Source of the DNA: Blastochloris sp.
Lineage (GTDB): Bacteria > Verrucomicrobiota > Verrucomicrobiia > Methylacidiphilales > JAAUTS01
Direction of reading: 5' to 3'
DNA: 60,949 bases
Assembly: GCA_012031345.1 (NCBI GenBank)
Contig: JAAUTS010000001.1
Span: 1-60,949, forward strand
Part shown: in pieces, positions 33,816 through 43,817 of the stretch
Numbering within the stretch: the first letter of the stretch is position 1
How the letters are laid out: each line of letters starts with the position of its first letter
Made by a program: the position numbers and the translations under genes
Notes under the pieces: model-generated
Told to the model about the DNA's origin: nothing
Database searches by the model: none
The model's input: only the letters and a program-made list of their open reading frames with translations

Positions 33816-34916
33816 TCATTCACGGGACAGATGCACCGTCTGGGTTGGGAAGGCAAAAGATAATCCGGCCGCATCAAATCGTTCCTTGATCATGAAGTTG
33901 GCCCGATTGAGCAAATCATTCAGTTCCTCCTCATTCCGATACCGGGTCCAAACGTAAGCCTCCAGATCCAGGGAAAAACTGCCCAGACGACGAAACACCA
34001 CTTGCGCATTCCCCGCCGGCTCCAATTCCTGACAAATCGAGTAAAGAAGATCCCGCGCTTTTTTCATCTCATCCGCAGTGGTTTCATAAACCAGTCCAAG
34101 TTCGAATTTGATGCGATGCTGACGATTCGGCCGGCCTTGGGCGTCCCTTTCTCTGGAAAAATTACGGATCTGTTTATCGACCAAATCCTTGTTCGGAATG
34201 TTGATCACCTCACCGTGGATCGATTGCAAAGCCACACTGCGGAGGCCGCGTTTGATGACAAAGCCATCGTATTCCGCGAAGCTGATGCGATCCCCCTGTC
34301 GGAACAGGCGGTCTGCCAGGATTTCCAGACCACCAATGATGTTTCCAATGGTGTTCTGGGCCGCGAGGGCCACAGCCGCACCCAGAAAACTCAAACCCGT
34401 GATGAGAGGCAACACCTTGACGCCGAAGTTATCCAATAAAAAAATACCCACGATGCCGAGAAAAAGTACTTTGAACAAACGCCCCAGCGTCAGGCAGAGG
34501 TGGTCATCAATTTCCTCCCCGGAAGCGAAGAGTCGGCCAAAGACTGTCTTGACCACCACATCAATCAACTTCCAACCCATCACCACAATCATGATCAGAT
34601 ACAGGGCGGGAATCAGACTGTTCTTCCAGGTCCAAAGCCAGGCTGGCATGTTTTTGAAAACATCCAGGGCAATGTTGAGGAAGTACAGGAAAACCAGGGC
34701 CGGCAGCAGATAGTTCAGAATCCCGGCAATTTCATCCACCGGGATCAAGGTCTTTTTCGATTCTTTGGATCGCCCCACTACAAACCGGCGCACCAAAAGT
34801 CTCACGAAAAAAGCCGCCAGAAAACCCGCACCCACCAGGCATAAAAAGGTCACCCCCTCTTGTCCCCCGGTTTGATTTCGCAGGAATTCCATCAACTCTT
34901 GCCACTTCAGATTCAT
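33816..34916 (-). CDS. MscS-family mechanosensitive channel
   Basis: 366 aa. TM helices, then ...AQNTIGNIIGGLEILADRLFRQGDRI... and a beta-domain. Confidence 0.8.
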   Translation of the reverse strand: MNLKWQELMEFLRNQTGGQEGVTFLCLVGAGFLAAFFVRLLVRRFVVGRSKESKKTLIPVDEIAGILNYLLPALVFLYFLNIALDVFKNMPAWLWTWKNSLIPALYLIMIVVMGWKLIDVVVKTVFGRLFASGEEIDDHLCLTLGRLFKVLFLGIVGIFLLDNFGVKVLPLITGLSFLGAAVALAAQNTIGNIIGGLEILADRLFRQGDRISFAEYDGFVIKRGLRSVALQSIHGEVINIPNKDLVDKQIRNFSRERDAQGRPNRQHRIKFELGLVYETTADEMKKARDLLYSICQELEPAGNAQVVFRRLGSFSLDLEAYVWTRYRNEEELNDLLNRANFMIKERFDAAGLSFAFPTQTVHLSRE

Positions 34917-34936
34917 GGATAAATTTCTGACACGTT

Positions 34937-36118
34937 TTAGATCTTAACCTTGACCCAGGAACGGCGTCGGGACGATGTCTCAATGGCGTCCAGCACACAC
35001 TGGTTACGGTAACCATCCTCAAAGGTTGGCTGCACCGATTGACCTTTTTTAAACGCGTGAATGAAGTCCACGATCGTATGCACAAAGGTGTGTTCATATC
35101 CAATGATGTGCCCCGGCGGCCACCACTGACCCGCGTAGGGATGGACGGATTCCGTGACCAAAATATCCCGGAACCCCTGGGCATCAGAGGCGTCCCGATT
35201 ATTAAAAAACTTCAGACGATTCATGTCCTCAAAGTCGAATAGAAGGGAACCTTGGGAGCCATTGATTTCGATTTGTATGCCATTCTTTCTACCCAGGGCA
35301 AAACGGCTCGCCTCAAGATTCAGCAGCGCCCCGTTCTGGAATCGTCCAATGGCCAACACCGCGTCATCCACCGTCACCTCCCCCATGGGCTGGCTGCGCT
35401 TCTTTCCCTTCGCCGCCTTGCTCATGCGTCCTGCTTCCGCTCCAGTCAGGGGTCGTTGTTTGATAAAGGTCTCCATTAACCCGCACACCTCATCAATTTC
35501 TCCTATCAAATATCGTCCCAGATCAATGATGTGGGCATTGATATCGCCATGAGTTCCGCTTCCGGCCAGCTTTCCCTGCAAACGCCAGACCAGTGGGAAA
35601 GAAGGATCGACAATCCAGTCCTGTAGGTAGCGGGCACGGTAATGATAAATCTTTCCCAAATCCCCGCGCTCAATCATACGCCGCGCCTGGGCCATTGCGG
35701 GAATGCGGCGATAATTATGACAGACCATGTTGACCACGCCGGACTTCAGCACGGCATCCCGCATGACCTTGGCTTCCTTTAAATTCAAAGCCAGAGGTTT
35801 TTCGCAGAGGATGGCCTTGCCCTGCTTGGCCGCTGCCAGGGCGATTTCTGCATGGGTGTCATTGGCCGTGCTGATATCCACCACATCGATCTCGGGATTC
35901 TCCACCACCTTGCGCCAGTCCGTCTCGGTGTGGGCCCAGCCCAATTGCTCCGCTGCCGTCTGCACGCCCTGCAGATCGCGACCGCAGAGAGTGTGTAACT
36001 CCGGTTGATAGGGCAGATCAAAGAAATGTCCGGCCTGACGCCAGGCATTGCTATGGGTTCGACCCATGAATTTATAACCGATTAATCCAATTCTGAGGGG
36101 CTTGATTTTTTTGGGCAT
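34937..36118 (-). CDS. Gfo/Idh/MocA-family oxidoreductase
   Basis: 393 aa. N-terminal Rossmann LRIGLIGYKFMG and EKPLA motif. Confidence 0.8.
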   Translation of the reverse strand: MPKKIKPLRIGLIGYKFMGRTHSNAWRQAGHFFDLPYQPELHTLCGRDLQGVQTAAEQLGWAHTETDWRKVVENPEIDVVDISTANDTHAEIALAAAKQGKAILCEKPLALNLKEAKVMRDAVLKSGVVNMVCHNYRRIPAMAQARRMIERGDLGKIYHYRARYLQDWIVDPSFPLVWRLQGKLAGSGTHGDINAHIIDLGRYLIGEIDEVCGLMETFIKQRPLTGAEAGRMSKAAKGKKRSQPMGEVTVDDAVLAIGRFQNGALLNLEASRFALGRKNGIQIEINGSQGSLLFDFEDMNRLKFFNNRDASDAQGFRDILVTESVHPYAGQWWPPGHIIGYEHTFVHTIVDFIHAFKKGQSVQPTFEDGYRNQCVLDAIETSSRRRSWVKVKI

Positions 36119-36158
36119 AAGAATGTTGATGCGTTTTTTTCGATGCGCTCCTGGCTCT

Positions 36159-37668
36159 TCAGGGGATCAACTTCAAGGTTAGGAAACGTTTCACGCCTCC
36201 CTGATTCACCCTCAGGCTGACCATACTCTGATTCTGCAAGCTCTGTCGCAAGGCTTCAAATTCTTTCACACTCGGGACCGCACGACCGTTGATTTCCAAA
36301 AGCTCCACCCCCGGTTCAATCAAGGTCGAAGCCATCACCACGCGATAATCAATCCCGCTGATTAAGACACTCGGAGTGGAAGGGGTGGACAAGTCCAACC
36401 TTCTCGTAGGTGCCGCCAGCTCCACCACATTCAGTCCGTCCAAAGGAGACCGGGCACCCCGGACGGACGCACCCTGGGAAGGCATGATCTCGCTGCTTTG
36501 CGACAGCAATTGCGAAGGATGGCTGGTCGGACGCAACCCAAGTTCCATGCTCTGGGCACCGCGCAGCAGTTGGATGTTTAACAACTTTCCCACCGGAGAA
36601 GAACCGGCCACAAGTCGGAACTGAGCGGGATTGATGATTTTTTGCTCCGCCACCTGAGTGATCACATCCCCCGGACGAACTCCCGCCTGCTCAGCCGGGC
36701 CACCCTCCAACACATCCGCCACCAAGGCCCCGCCACTTGTTTTCAAGCCATGAATGCGGGCCCATTCCGCCGTCACAGCCTGCACGTGCACCCCCAGATA
36801 AGACCGCTCGATCGCTTTACCCTGGGCCAACTGTTCACTGACTTTTTTAAGCTGACTCGCACTCACCACCACGTCCTCACCCTGTCCCTCGTAAACCCGT
36901 GCGGATTGCTGCGCCAACATACCCACCGCCTGCCCTTCCAGATTGACCGCCAACCACCCGGAGCGTTGCACCGGGGAGCCCGAGTCCACAAAAAAGGTGC
37001 GGGCAAAAAAACCTTCATCCATGGCCTGCAACGAACGCTCCCTTGAACTGACAATACCCCGGGTGACCCTGCCATTCATTTCCGAGTCGGTCCCGACCAA
37101 AAGCAGATGTTCCCCCAGACTCAGGCTCGCACTGTCCCCCCACTGAATCGGACGCGTCCCAGACAGGGGTATTTTCAACACTGCCAAGTTGGTTCCCACA
37201 TCAACCGCCATGATTTCCGCCTGATAAGTCGCTCCATCCCAGGTGCGGACCGAAAGGGACAAGGCGGACAACAGCACATCCAGCGGAGCCAGAATCACGC
37301 CCTGATCGTTTAAAAAAAAGCCCGTCGCCTCCCTTTCCTGGCTGATGCCCAATTCCGCATAATAATCAGCAATCTTCCCCGTTCTGAGAGAGCAAGGCAT
37401 CCTCCTCCCTGCCTCCGATCGAACGTAAATGCACCAGGCTGGGAATGATCGAAACGGATAAATCCTCATACCTTTTGCTCATGGTCTTGAGCGGATTCAA
37501 ATCCTGCCCTAACAAAATCGACCCCTGCACTCCCGCAACCCTGGCACCGTTCCTCCCCTGCTCTTCCTTGCTGGAAAAATGAAAATCACCTTGATCCAAC
37601 GAAGCCAACCAAAAGGTCAGTCCGCTGATCAGCGTCAATAAAATCAAAACCCCGATAAGCCGTTTCAT
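36159..37668 (-). CDS. HtrA/DegP-like protein with PDZ region and an apparently degenerate catalytic triad (frame break ~37380-37440)
   Basis: Signal/TM N-terminus in ORF 37366..37668. The trypsin-like core has GTNLAVLKIP (Asn where Asp is expected), ILAPLDV where TNxHV is expected, and VDSGSPV (Ser kept). PDZ-like segments follow. Confidence 0.6.
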
Positions 37669-37678
37669 AACTCAGGCA

Positions 37679-38605
37679 TTAACCGACATGCCAACCCGTT
37701 TGGCGAGAGAATAGATCATGCCTTCCCCTTGTCCGCTTCCGGCACCAAAACCGCAGGGCAGACGTGTGAACGGTGAAGATCACCGGCACCTGGCCATGCA
37801 ATTCCCCGTCCACCTCCACCGGCACCACTTGGTTGGCCGATACCTTGATCCGTTTCGATTTCAGATACGTCACGTCCTTGAAACGTGTATGGCTCCCACT
37901 GACAATTCCCTGAAAATAGCGGATCAGATCCAGGTGGGTCAGATTTTTGAACACACAAATATCCAACAAACCATCCCCCATCTCCGCATCCGGGAAGAAA
38001 TGGAAAGGTCCGCCGTAAAATCGGCCATTCCCCACCAACATGAAACTACCCTGGATGGTTCGATGCCCCTCCGCCTCCACGGTCAGAATCGGAGGTTTCA
38101 GAGAAGCCAGTTGTGCCGCAGTCACCACATAACTCAGGGGTCCCAGCGCATTTTTAAAATTACGATCCGTGTTCTGCACGGTCTGGGCATCAAACCCCAC
38201 CCCGGCCAGTTGCACAAAATACCTTCCGTTGGCCTCCGGTAAATCCAGATGCCGCACAAAACCACGACGGATGATCTCAATCGCCTTCTCCAATTTCGAG
38301 GGAATCCCCAGTTCCATGGCAAAGACATTGACCGTCCCCACGGGCAAGAGCCCCAAGGCGGAACGACTCCCCGCCATGCCGTTCACCACCTCGTTGATCG
38401 TGCCATCCCCACCCGCAGCGATGATGATGTCATCCCCCCGTGCGGCCGCTTGTTTGGCCAGATCGCAGGCATGTCCGGCCCGTTTTGTCGTCAACAAATC
38501 CGCTTCGGGAAACAAATCCTGCAACTTACGGATCAGAAATTGGGCGCGTTCTCCCTTGGCAGCAGGGTTTAAAATGATAGTAATGGCAGGCTTTGAAGGA
38601 ATCAT
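37679..38605 (-). CDS. diacylglycerol/lipid kinase family protein (YegS-like)
   Basis: Start at the ATG at 38605, which avoids overlap with the divergent gene. IILNPAAKG and IIAAGGDGTINEVVNG. Confidence 0.8.
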   Translation of the reverse strand: MIPSKPAITIILNPAAKGERAQFLIRKLQDLFPEADLLTTKRAGHACDLAKQAAARGDDIIIAAGGDGTINEVVNGMAGSRSALGLLPVGTVNVFAMELGIPSKLEKAIEIIRRGFVRHLDLPEANGRYFVQLAGVGFDAQTVQNTDRNFKNALGPLSYVVTAAQLASLKPPILTVEAEGHRTIQGSFMLVGNGRFYGGPFHFFPDAEMGDGLLDICVFKNLTHLDLIRYFQGIVSGSHTRFKDVTYLKSKRIKVSANQVVPVEVDGELHGQVPVIFTVHTSALRFWCRKRTRGRHDLFSRQTGWHVG

Positions 38606-38611
38606 GGTCGA

Positions 38612-39960
38612 ATGAATAGGGTTAAACGCTTGCTGCTGGGTCTGACATTGGTCCTGGCACTCGGAATTCTGGGTGCCTTGGGCTGGATTCACTATTACCT
38701 AAACAGCCCGCGTATGAGCGAGAAGATTCGCCTCATCGTTTCGCAGCGCTTCGACACTCGCCTCGAATTCAACCGCCTGCACATCAATCTTTTCTCCGGC
38801 ATGGAAATCGGACAATCCCGTCTCCTCACCTCCGAAGAAAAAGGCCGGGAGTGGGCCTCTCTCGATCAGGCCCTCTTGGAATACTCCCCCCCTCAGCCTT
38901 CTCAAAAACACCGTCGAAATCAACACCATCCGCCTCAACGAACCCCAGATTCACTTTGAGCAATATCCCGACGGACGCTGGCGTCTCCCCGGCAAAGCCA
39001 CGGAAGAAGCCCGCCAGATGACCCTCAAAACCGGTATCTTCCGCTTCAACATCCTGCTCAAAAAATTTCTCCTGAACGAGGGTAAGGTCCGCGTCTCGAA
39101 TGCCGCCAAGGAAATCCTCTTCGCCGCCGAGGGCGTCAACGTGCTCGGCGAACTTCAACTCCTCAATCATCTCAACGATGCCAAGGGCACCCTCTCCATC
39201 CGCCAACTTCAACTCGGCTCCAAACTCCACTTCACCGACACCCGTTCCCCCTTCGAGTTTGCCGACTCCGTTCTCAAGCTCAATGAACTCAAGGGACACG
39301 TGCATGGAGGCACCTACGAAGGCGCCGCCCAACTCAACACAGGCGTCGGCGGTCCCGGCTTCCTCCTGAATTTATCGCTGCGGGAAGTTGATCTGGCCAG
39401 TCTCCTCCCTGATCTCTCCAGCGGGAACAACCTTCTCCAGGGCCTGCTCCAACTTCAGGTCCAGCTCGCAGGCGATCTCAATCAACCTCTCCTCATGCAA
39501 GGCACAGGCTCCATGCAAATCGGACGCGCCCGCCTCACCGGCATCCCCGCCCTCGACAAACTCGGCACCATGCTCAAACTCCCTCAAATTCGCGAAACCG
39601 AATTTGAATCCATCCAAGGTAACTACAAAGTGGCCGATCAACGAGTCACCTTCTATGAACTCGAAGCCAAATCCCCCGACCTGCAAATGACCGGCAGCGG
39701 CTTCCTCGGCTTTGACCGCAAACTCGACATGGATGTTCTTCTCATCCTTTCCGCCAAGCTCGCCGCTCAAATCCCCCCGGAAGCCCCAGGCTCGCTTTTC
39801 CTCCGGTGAAAACGGCACCCGCAGCATCACCTTTAAACTCAGCGGCAGCCTCGATGCCCCGGTCAGCAACCTGGGGGAAAAACTTGCCCTGCCCGAAACC
39901 CCCATTAATCCCGACGCCCAAGCCTCCCTGCCCGGCACCCCGGAACTTTTCTCCCCTTGA
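38612..39960 (+). CDS. AsmA-family-like envelope protein (two frame breaks, ~38880 and ~39790)
   Basis: N-terminal TM. The C-terminal pattern ...YKVADQRVTFYELEAKSPDLQMTGSGFLGFDRKLDMDVLL... is typical of AsmA C-terminal regions. Three overlapping ORFs. Confidence 0.55.
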
Positions 39961-40542
39961 AACATTCCAGCCACACAGGAAAAGTCCGGGTCACCACCGG
40001 CAGCGCCGGCGGACTCTGGCTCAAAAGTGCCCAAGACCTTCAGCTCCCGCCCCACTCAGGACAGGGTCAAACAAGCCATCTTCTCCAGCCTCGGTTCTCG
40101 TGTCCCGGCCAGTCGGGTGCTCGACCTCTACGCAGGCACAGGCTCACTCGGCATCGAAGCCCTCAGTCGCGGTGCCGCCGCCGCCTGCTTCGTGGAAAAA
40201 GACCGCACCCACGCTGCCATGATTCTCGAAAACCTTAACTATTGTCGCCTGAAAGGTGAAGTCATCACCCGCAGCGTGGAAATGTTTCTCCAATCCGACA
40301 CCCACCCCCTCTACGACATCATCCTGGCCGACCCCCCCTACACCAAGGGACCGCACAACCTGTCCAACGACCCCGTCATCGTCGCCCTCCGCAATTGGAT
40401 CCATCCTGAAGGTCTCCTCGTCTGGGAACACGACCACCGCAATCGCTGGGAGCCCAGCCCCCACTGGACCCTCCTAAAAACCGCCGATTACGGCGAATCC
40501 TCCGTCAGCTACCTCCGTCCCCACGCTGAAACCTCAGATTAG
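39957..40542 (+). CDS. rsmD: 16S rRNA (guanine966-N2)-methyltransferase (frame break ~40025)
   Basis: RPTQDRVKQAIFSSLG, LDLYAGTGSLGIEALSRGA and ILADPPY. Confidence 0.85.
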
Positions 40543-40561
40543 TTTTCAGTAATTAGCCCCT

Positions 40562-40615
40562 CCCCTATATCAAGAGGGGCAGAAAGGGCCGCAGTCCCAC
40601 TTCCGGGTGTGTTTT
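40562..40615 (+). repeat. structured intergenic repeat, family 1, copy c1
   Basis: cccctatatcaagaggggcagaaagggccgcagtcccacttccgggtgtgttt. Confidence 0.8.
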
Positions 40616-40770
40616 TCCCACACTCGAAACCCGTAACTCGTAACTCGAAACCCCTCCCCCCTCGCCCGCTTCCGGGTGTATGTTTTTTCTTCGCTCAAAA
40701 ACTGACAACTGAACACTGACCACTGAAAACTCCCCTCTTTCCTCCCTTCGAAACTCGAAACCTTCTTCGT

Positions 40771-40824
40771 CCCCTATATCAAGAGGGGCAGAAAGGCCTT
40801 CAGGCCGCTTCCGGGTGTGTTTTC
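40771..40824 (+). repeat. structured intergenic repeat, family 1, copy c2
   Basis: cccctatatcaagaggggcagaaaggccttcaggccgcttccgggtgtgtttt. A 3'-half-only copy lies at 40664-40688. Confidence 0.8.
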
Positions 40825-40867
40825 TTTTTTCAGCAACTAGAAACTCTCCCCCCCCTCCCCATCCAAC

Positions 40868-40955
40868 AGAGACCTCACCACCAGCCCTGGCCGATTCAGC
40901 ACATGCGTATAAATCATCGTGGTTGAAACATCCGCATGGCCCAGCAACTCCGAGC
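40868..40955 (-). pseudogene. remnant of a second integrase 3' end
   Basis: The reverse strand reads [25 protein letters not shown]. By eye it is mostly identical at the nucleotide level over roughly 75 nt to the true intI 3' end at about 41010-41085. No upstream coding continuation. Confidence 0.7.
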
Positions 40956-40990
40956 GCAGCGACCCCGAACCCTTTCGGGGCTGCACCTCC

Positions 40991-42354
40991 TTAACTATCG
41001 AGGGGAGAGCCCACCACCAGACCCGGCCTGTTCAAAACATGCGTATAGATCATGGTCGTGGACACATCCGCATGGCCCAGCAACTCTTGCACCGTCCGAA
41101 TATCCGCCCCGCTCTCCAACAAATGCGTCGCAAAGCTGTGCCGCAAGGTATGCGGTGTCACCGTCTTCAACAGACCCGCCTTGCGCGCCGCCTGCTTGAC
41201 CGTTCGTTGCAAATAAACCTCATGCACATGATGCCGTCTGAGCTTTCCACTGCGTGGATCTTCCGCCACCTGCTTGGAGGGAAACAAAAACTGCCAACCC
41301 GGCTCCTTGGAATAACCACCAAACTTTCTTTCCATCCCATCCGGCAGAACTGTTTCCCCCAACCCCTGAGCCAGATCCTGCTGATGTAAGGTCAGCACCT
41401 TGGCTATCTGATCCCGGACTTTGTCCGTCACCGAACGCGGCAACGGTGCCACCCTGTCTTTTCCGCCCTTGCCCTGCCGGATCGTCAACACCCCGCGCTC
41501 CAAATCCACATCCTTCAAGCGCAGACGCACACACTCCAACAACCTCATGCCCGACCCATAAAGCAACTCCACCATCAACTTCAGCACACCGCCCTCCTCC
41601 ATCCCCGCCAACAACGCCCTCACCTCCGCTTTGGTCAACACCACCGGCACCTTGCGCCGCTGTTGCGCCCGTTGCACTCCCTCCAGTAAGCCGAACTCCT
41701 TGCGCAAAACTTCTTTAAAAACAAACAACAACGCATTAAATGCCTGATTCTGCGTCGCGGAAGAAATCTTCCTCTTAATCGCCAGATAACTCAAAAACGC
41801 TTTCCCGTCCTCACCACTAAGACTTTCCCGGTTCTGGGGCTGGGCAAAAATCAGGAAACGCTTCGCCCATTCCACATAGGTTTGCTCCGTGCGATAGGAA
41901 TATTGCCGGGACCTGACTGCCTTTTTGATTTCCTCCAGAAAAGGAAAATACCGCTCCGGCAACTCTCCCGCATCACTCCGACCTGCCCAGACCGATTCAT
42001 CCAGAACCAGATCAGGCCGGTTCAAGGGCCGCTGCGTCATCGCCTCCTGCGGCCAGACCGGATTCCAAGGCTGCGCCCATGGCGCCGGATATATCTGCTG
42101 ATAGACCATCTTCAACGCCGCATCGGCCTGTTCAAGCTGCCAGTGATGGCGACCTTCACTAACCAACCATCCGTAAAAAGCTCGACATCGCTTAGCTCGG
42201 CCTGATAGAAACGCTTAGGTGCAATGAATTTCCCGAACTTCATGACCCAGGCGGAGCGAAACCCCCATTCTCCGGGTTTCACGCCCTGCTTTTCCCAAAG
42301 CTGGTTCAAACGCTCGAAAAAGCTTTCCCCGTCTTTTCTTCCTGATTCAATCAT
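40991..42354 (-). CDS. intI: integron integrase with N-terminal extension (frame break ~42112-42170)
   Basis: Tyrosine-recombinase catalytic residues (R in [25 protein letters not shown]). IntI-specific insertion [24 protein letters not shown]...[14 protein letters not shown] 42112..42408 (start taken at the ATG at 42354) continues the same protein: ...ELFTDGWLV / SEGRHHWQ. Confidence 0.85.
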
Positions 42355-42431
42355 CAATAGAGTCCTTACCTCGAGAAATAGCGACAAAACGACCCAAAAA
42401 CCAGACAAAAAGTTGGCATTATCGATTTCGG

Positions 42432-42484
42432 CAACTGGTTGCCTATTGCAAAAATCCCAACTAGTTGTCTAATATACGTTCGAT
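42432..42484 (+). other. attI region (candidate)
   Basis: Two 12-bp CAACTnGTTGnC boxes (42432-42443, 42458-42469) are followed by the core GTTCGAT (42478-42484), 7 nt before the first cassette ATG. Confidence 0.55.
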
Positions 42485-42490
42485 CAAAAT

Positions 42491-42976
42491 ATGAACAAAG
42501 AAGAGTTCAATAACCTATTTTGCGAGTGCGTGGCTCATTCGAAGTCATTTGCGCAGACAATGGTTACAGAGAAACTTTCCCCCATTGATTCATTCTATTT
42601 GGCGACAGCCCTTCACGATTCCATTGTTTTAGGACCTTTTAGCACAGCAAAAACAACCGATATTTTATATGGTGATGGCAGTTTCCCCAGATGGGTGGAT
42701 ATTAGTGTTTTAGACAGTGAGGAAGCATCAACAGTTTTTTATCTGACCCATTCAGAAGACAGAACAAGAGAGGTCGAGAAAACAACATATTTTGCGAGGG
42801 GCCAAGGCCCCTTCGGAATCAAATCTCCCATACTTCCAAAAGACTGGAGGGATGTTGAGACTTCAGGGCGATTCAGTCTGAAAGAAACAAAAAATAAACA
42901 GAAAATCGAACCAGGCGGTTCAGCCAACCGCGGTAACGCGCTTGGTTTTAGGCACACTCATTCCCGCGGTTGCTGA
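42491..42976 (+). CDS. cassette 1 hypothetical protein
   Basis: 161-aa ORF. The stop TGA lies in the L' box (gcTGAc) of attC1. Confidence 0.5.
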   Translation: MNKEEFNNLFCECVAHSKSFAQTMVTEKLSPIDSFYLATALHDSIVLGPFSTAKTTDILYGDGSFPRWVDISVLDSEEASTVFYLTHSEDRTREVEKTTYFARGQGPFGIKSPILPKDWRDVETSGRFSLKETKNKQKIEPGGSANRGNALGFRHTHSRGC

Positions 42977-42991
42977 CCGCGGACGTTCGGA
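42905..42991 (+). repeat. attC 1
   Basis: atcgaac-caggcggt-tcagccaac ... gttgctga-ccgcggac-gttcgga. Confidence 0.8.
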
Positions 42992-43000
42992 AATGAAAAT

Positions 43001-43354
43001 ATGAAACCCGTCGTCGTGAAAATACCGGTCGAGCGAATCCATGATTGGGATACTTTCCACACGGTCTTTGCCGAGATTCTTGGTTTTCCTAAGTTTTATG
43101 GTCGGAACATGAATGCATGGATTGATTGCATGACTTCTGTCGACTGCCCCGAAGATGGGATGTCGGAAGTGCATGGAACCAAGGAAGCAGGCATGATATT
43201 GGATTTGGGAGTCTGCACGGAATTCGCAAGGCGTTGCCCTCAGCAGTATGAGGCCATTCTAGACTCTGTTGGCTTCGTCAACCACCGCAGGATGGAAGCG
43301 GGAGAGGAACCCGTTCTATCTTTATCCTTCTGGAATGCACAACCACTTAAATAG
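43001..43354 (+). CDS. cassette 2: barstar-like ribonuclease-inhibitor family protein
   Basis: 117 aa. ...IHDWDTFHTVFAEILGFPKFYGRNMNAWIDCMT... parallels barstar ...[20 protein letters not shown] (recalled from memory). Confidence 0.55.
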   Translation: MKPVVVKIPVERIHDWDTFHTVFAEILGFPKFYGRNMNAWIDCMTSVDCPEDGMSEVHGTKEAGMILDLGVCTEFARRCPQQYEAILDSVGFVNHRRMEAGEEPVLSLSFWNAQPLK

Positions 43355-43360
43355 AACAAA

Positions 43361-43472
43361 TCCGAACCATGCCGTCCAGCCAACCCCTACCCGCGTCACG
43401 TCTCCTGCTCTCGCTTCGCTCGTTGGCAGGAGCCGCGCCACGGGCAGGGGTGGCTGACGGCGGACGTTCGGG
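43361..43472 (+). repeat. attC 2 (long class)
   Basis: tccgaac...cagccaac...ctcctgctctcgcttcgctcgttggcaggag...ggctgacggcggacgttcggg. Confidence 0.8.
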
Positions 43473-43478
43473 AAACAA

Positions 43479-43736
43479 ATGAGTATTATTCCTTTCTTTT
43501 CCGGGTTAATAGCTAGTGCAATTTCATTTACTTTGCTTTACAAGCGTTTCTTTGGAACAGAAAATGACTTTTGGGAATGTGTATTTTATGCATTCAAACC
43601 AGATTTCTTTTCTTGGATGGACAAGGATTTACAAAAAGATTACGGAAAATCATTAAAATTGGGATTTTTCCTTGCTATTGTATTCGGAGCGGGATTTCTT
43701 ACGTATTTAATTGTTGAAGCTAATATTTATGAATAA
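43479..43736 (+). CDS. cassette 3: small membrane protein
   Basis: 85 aa with two hydrophobic helices. Confidence 0.5.
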   Translation: MSIIPFFSGLIASAISFTLLYKRFFGTENDFWECVFYAFKPDFFSWMDKDLQKDYGKSLKLGFFLAIVFGAGFLTYLIVEANIYE

Positions 43737-43740
43737 AAAA

Positions 43741-43812
43741 TCCGAACCATGTGGTGCAGCCAAGCCCCTTTCGCCTTCGGCTTCAGTGGCTGGCTGACCA
43801 CAGACGTTCGGT
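43741..43812 (+). repeat. attC 3 (short class)
   Basis: tccgaaccatgtggtgcagccaag...ggctggctgaccacagacgttcggt. Confidence 0.8.
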
Positions 43813-43817
43813 AGAAA

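Noticed and set aside
40919-41389. 156-aa plus-strand ORF spanning the intI 3' end and the remnant
   Set aside because: Antisense to intI. It arises from the duplicated integrase fragment and has no coding features.
40991-42354. The recombinase as a prophage or ICE integrase
   Set aside because: No adjacent phage or conjugation genes and no flanking tRNA. It has the IntI-specific insertion and faces an attC-bounded cassette array.
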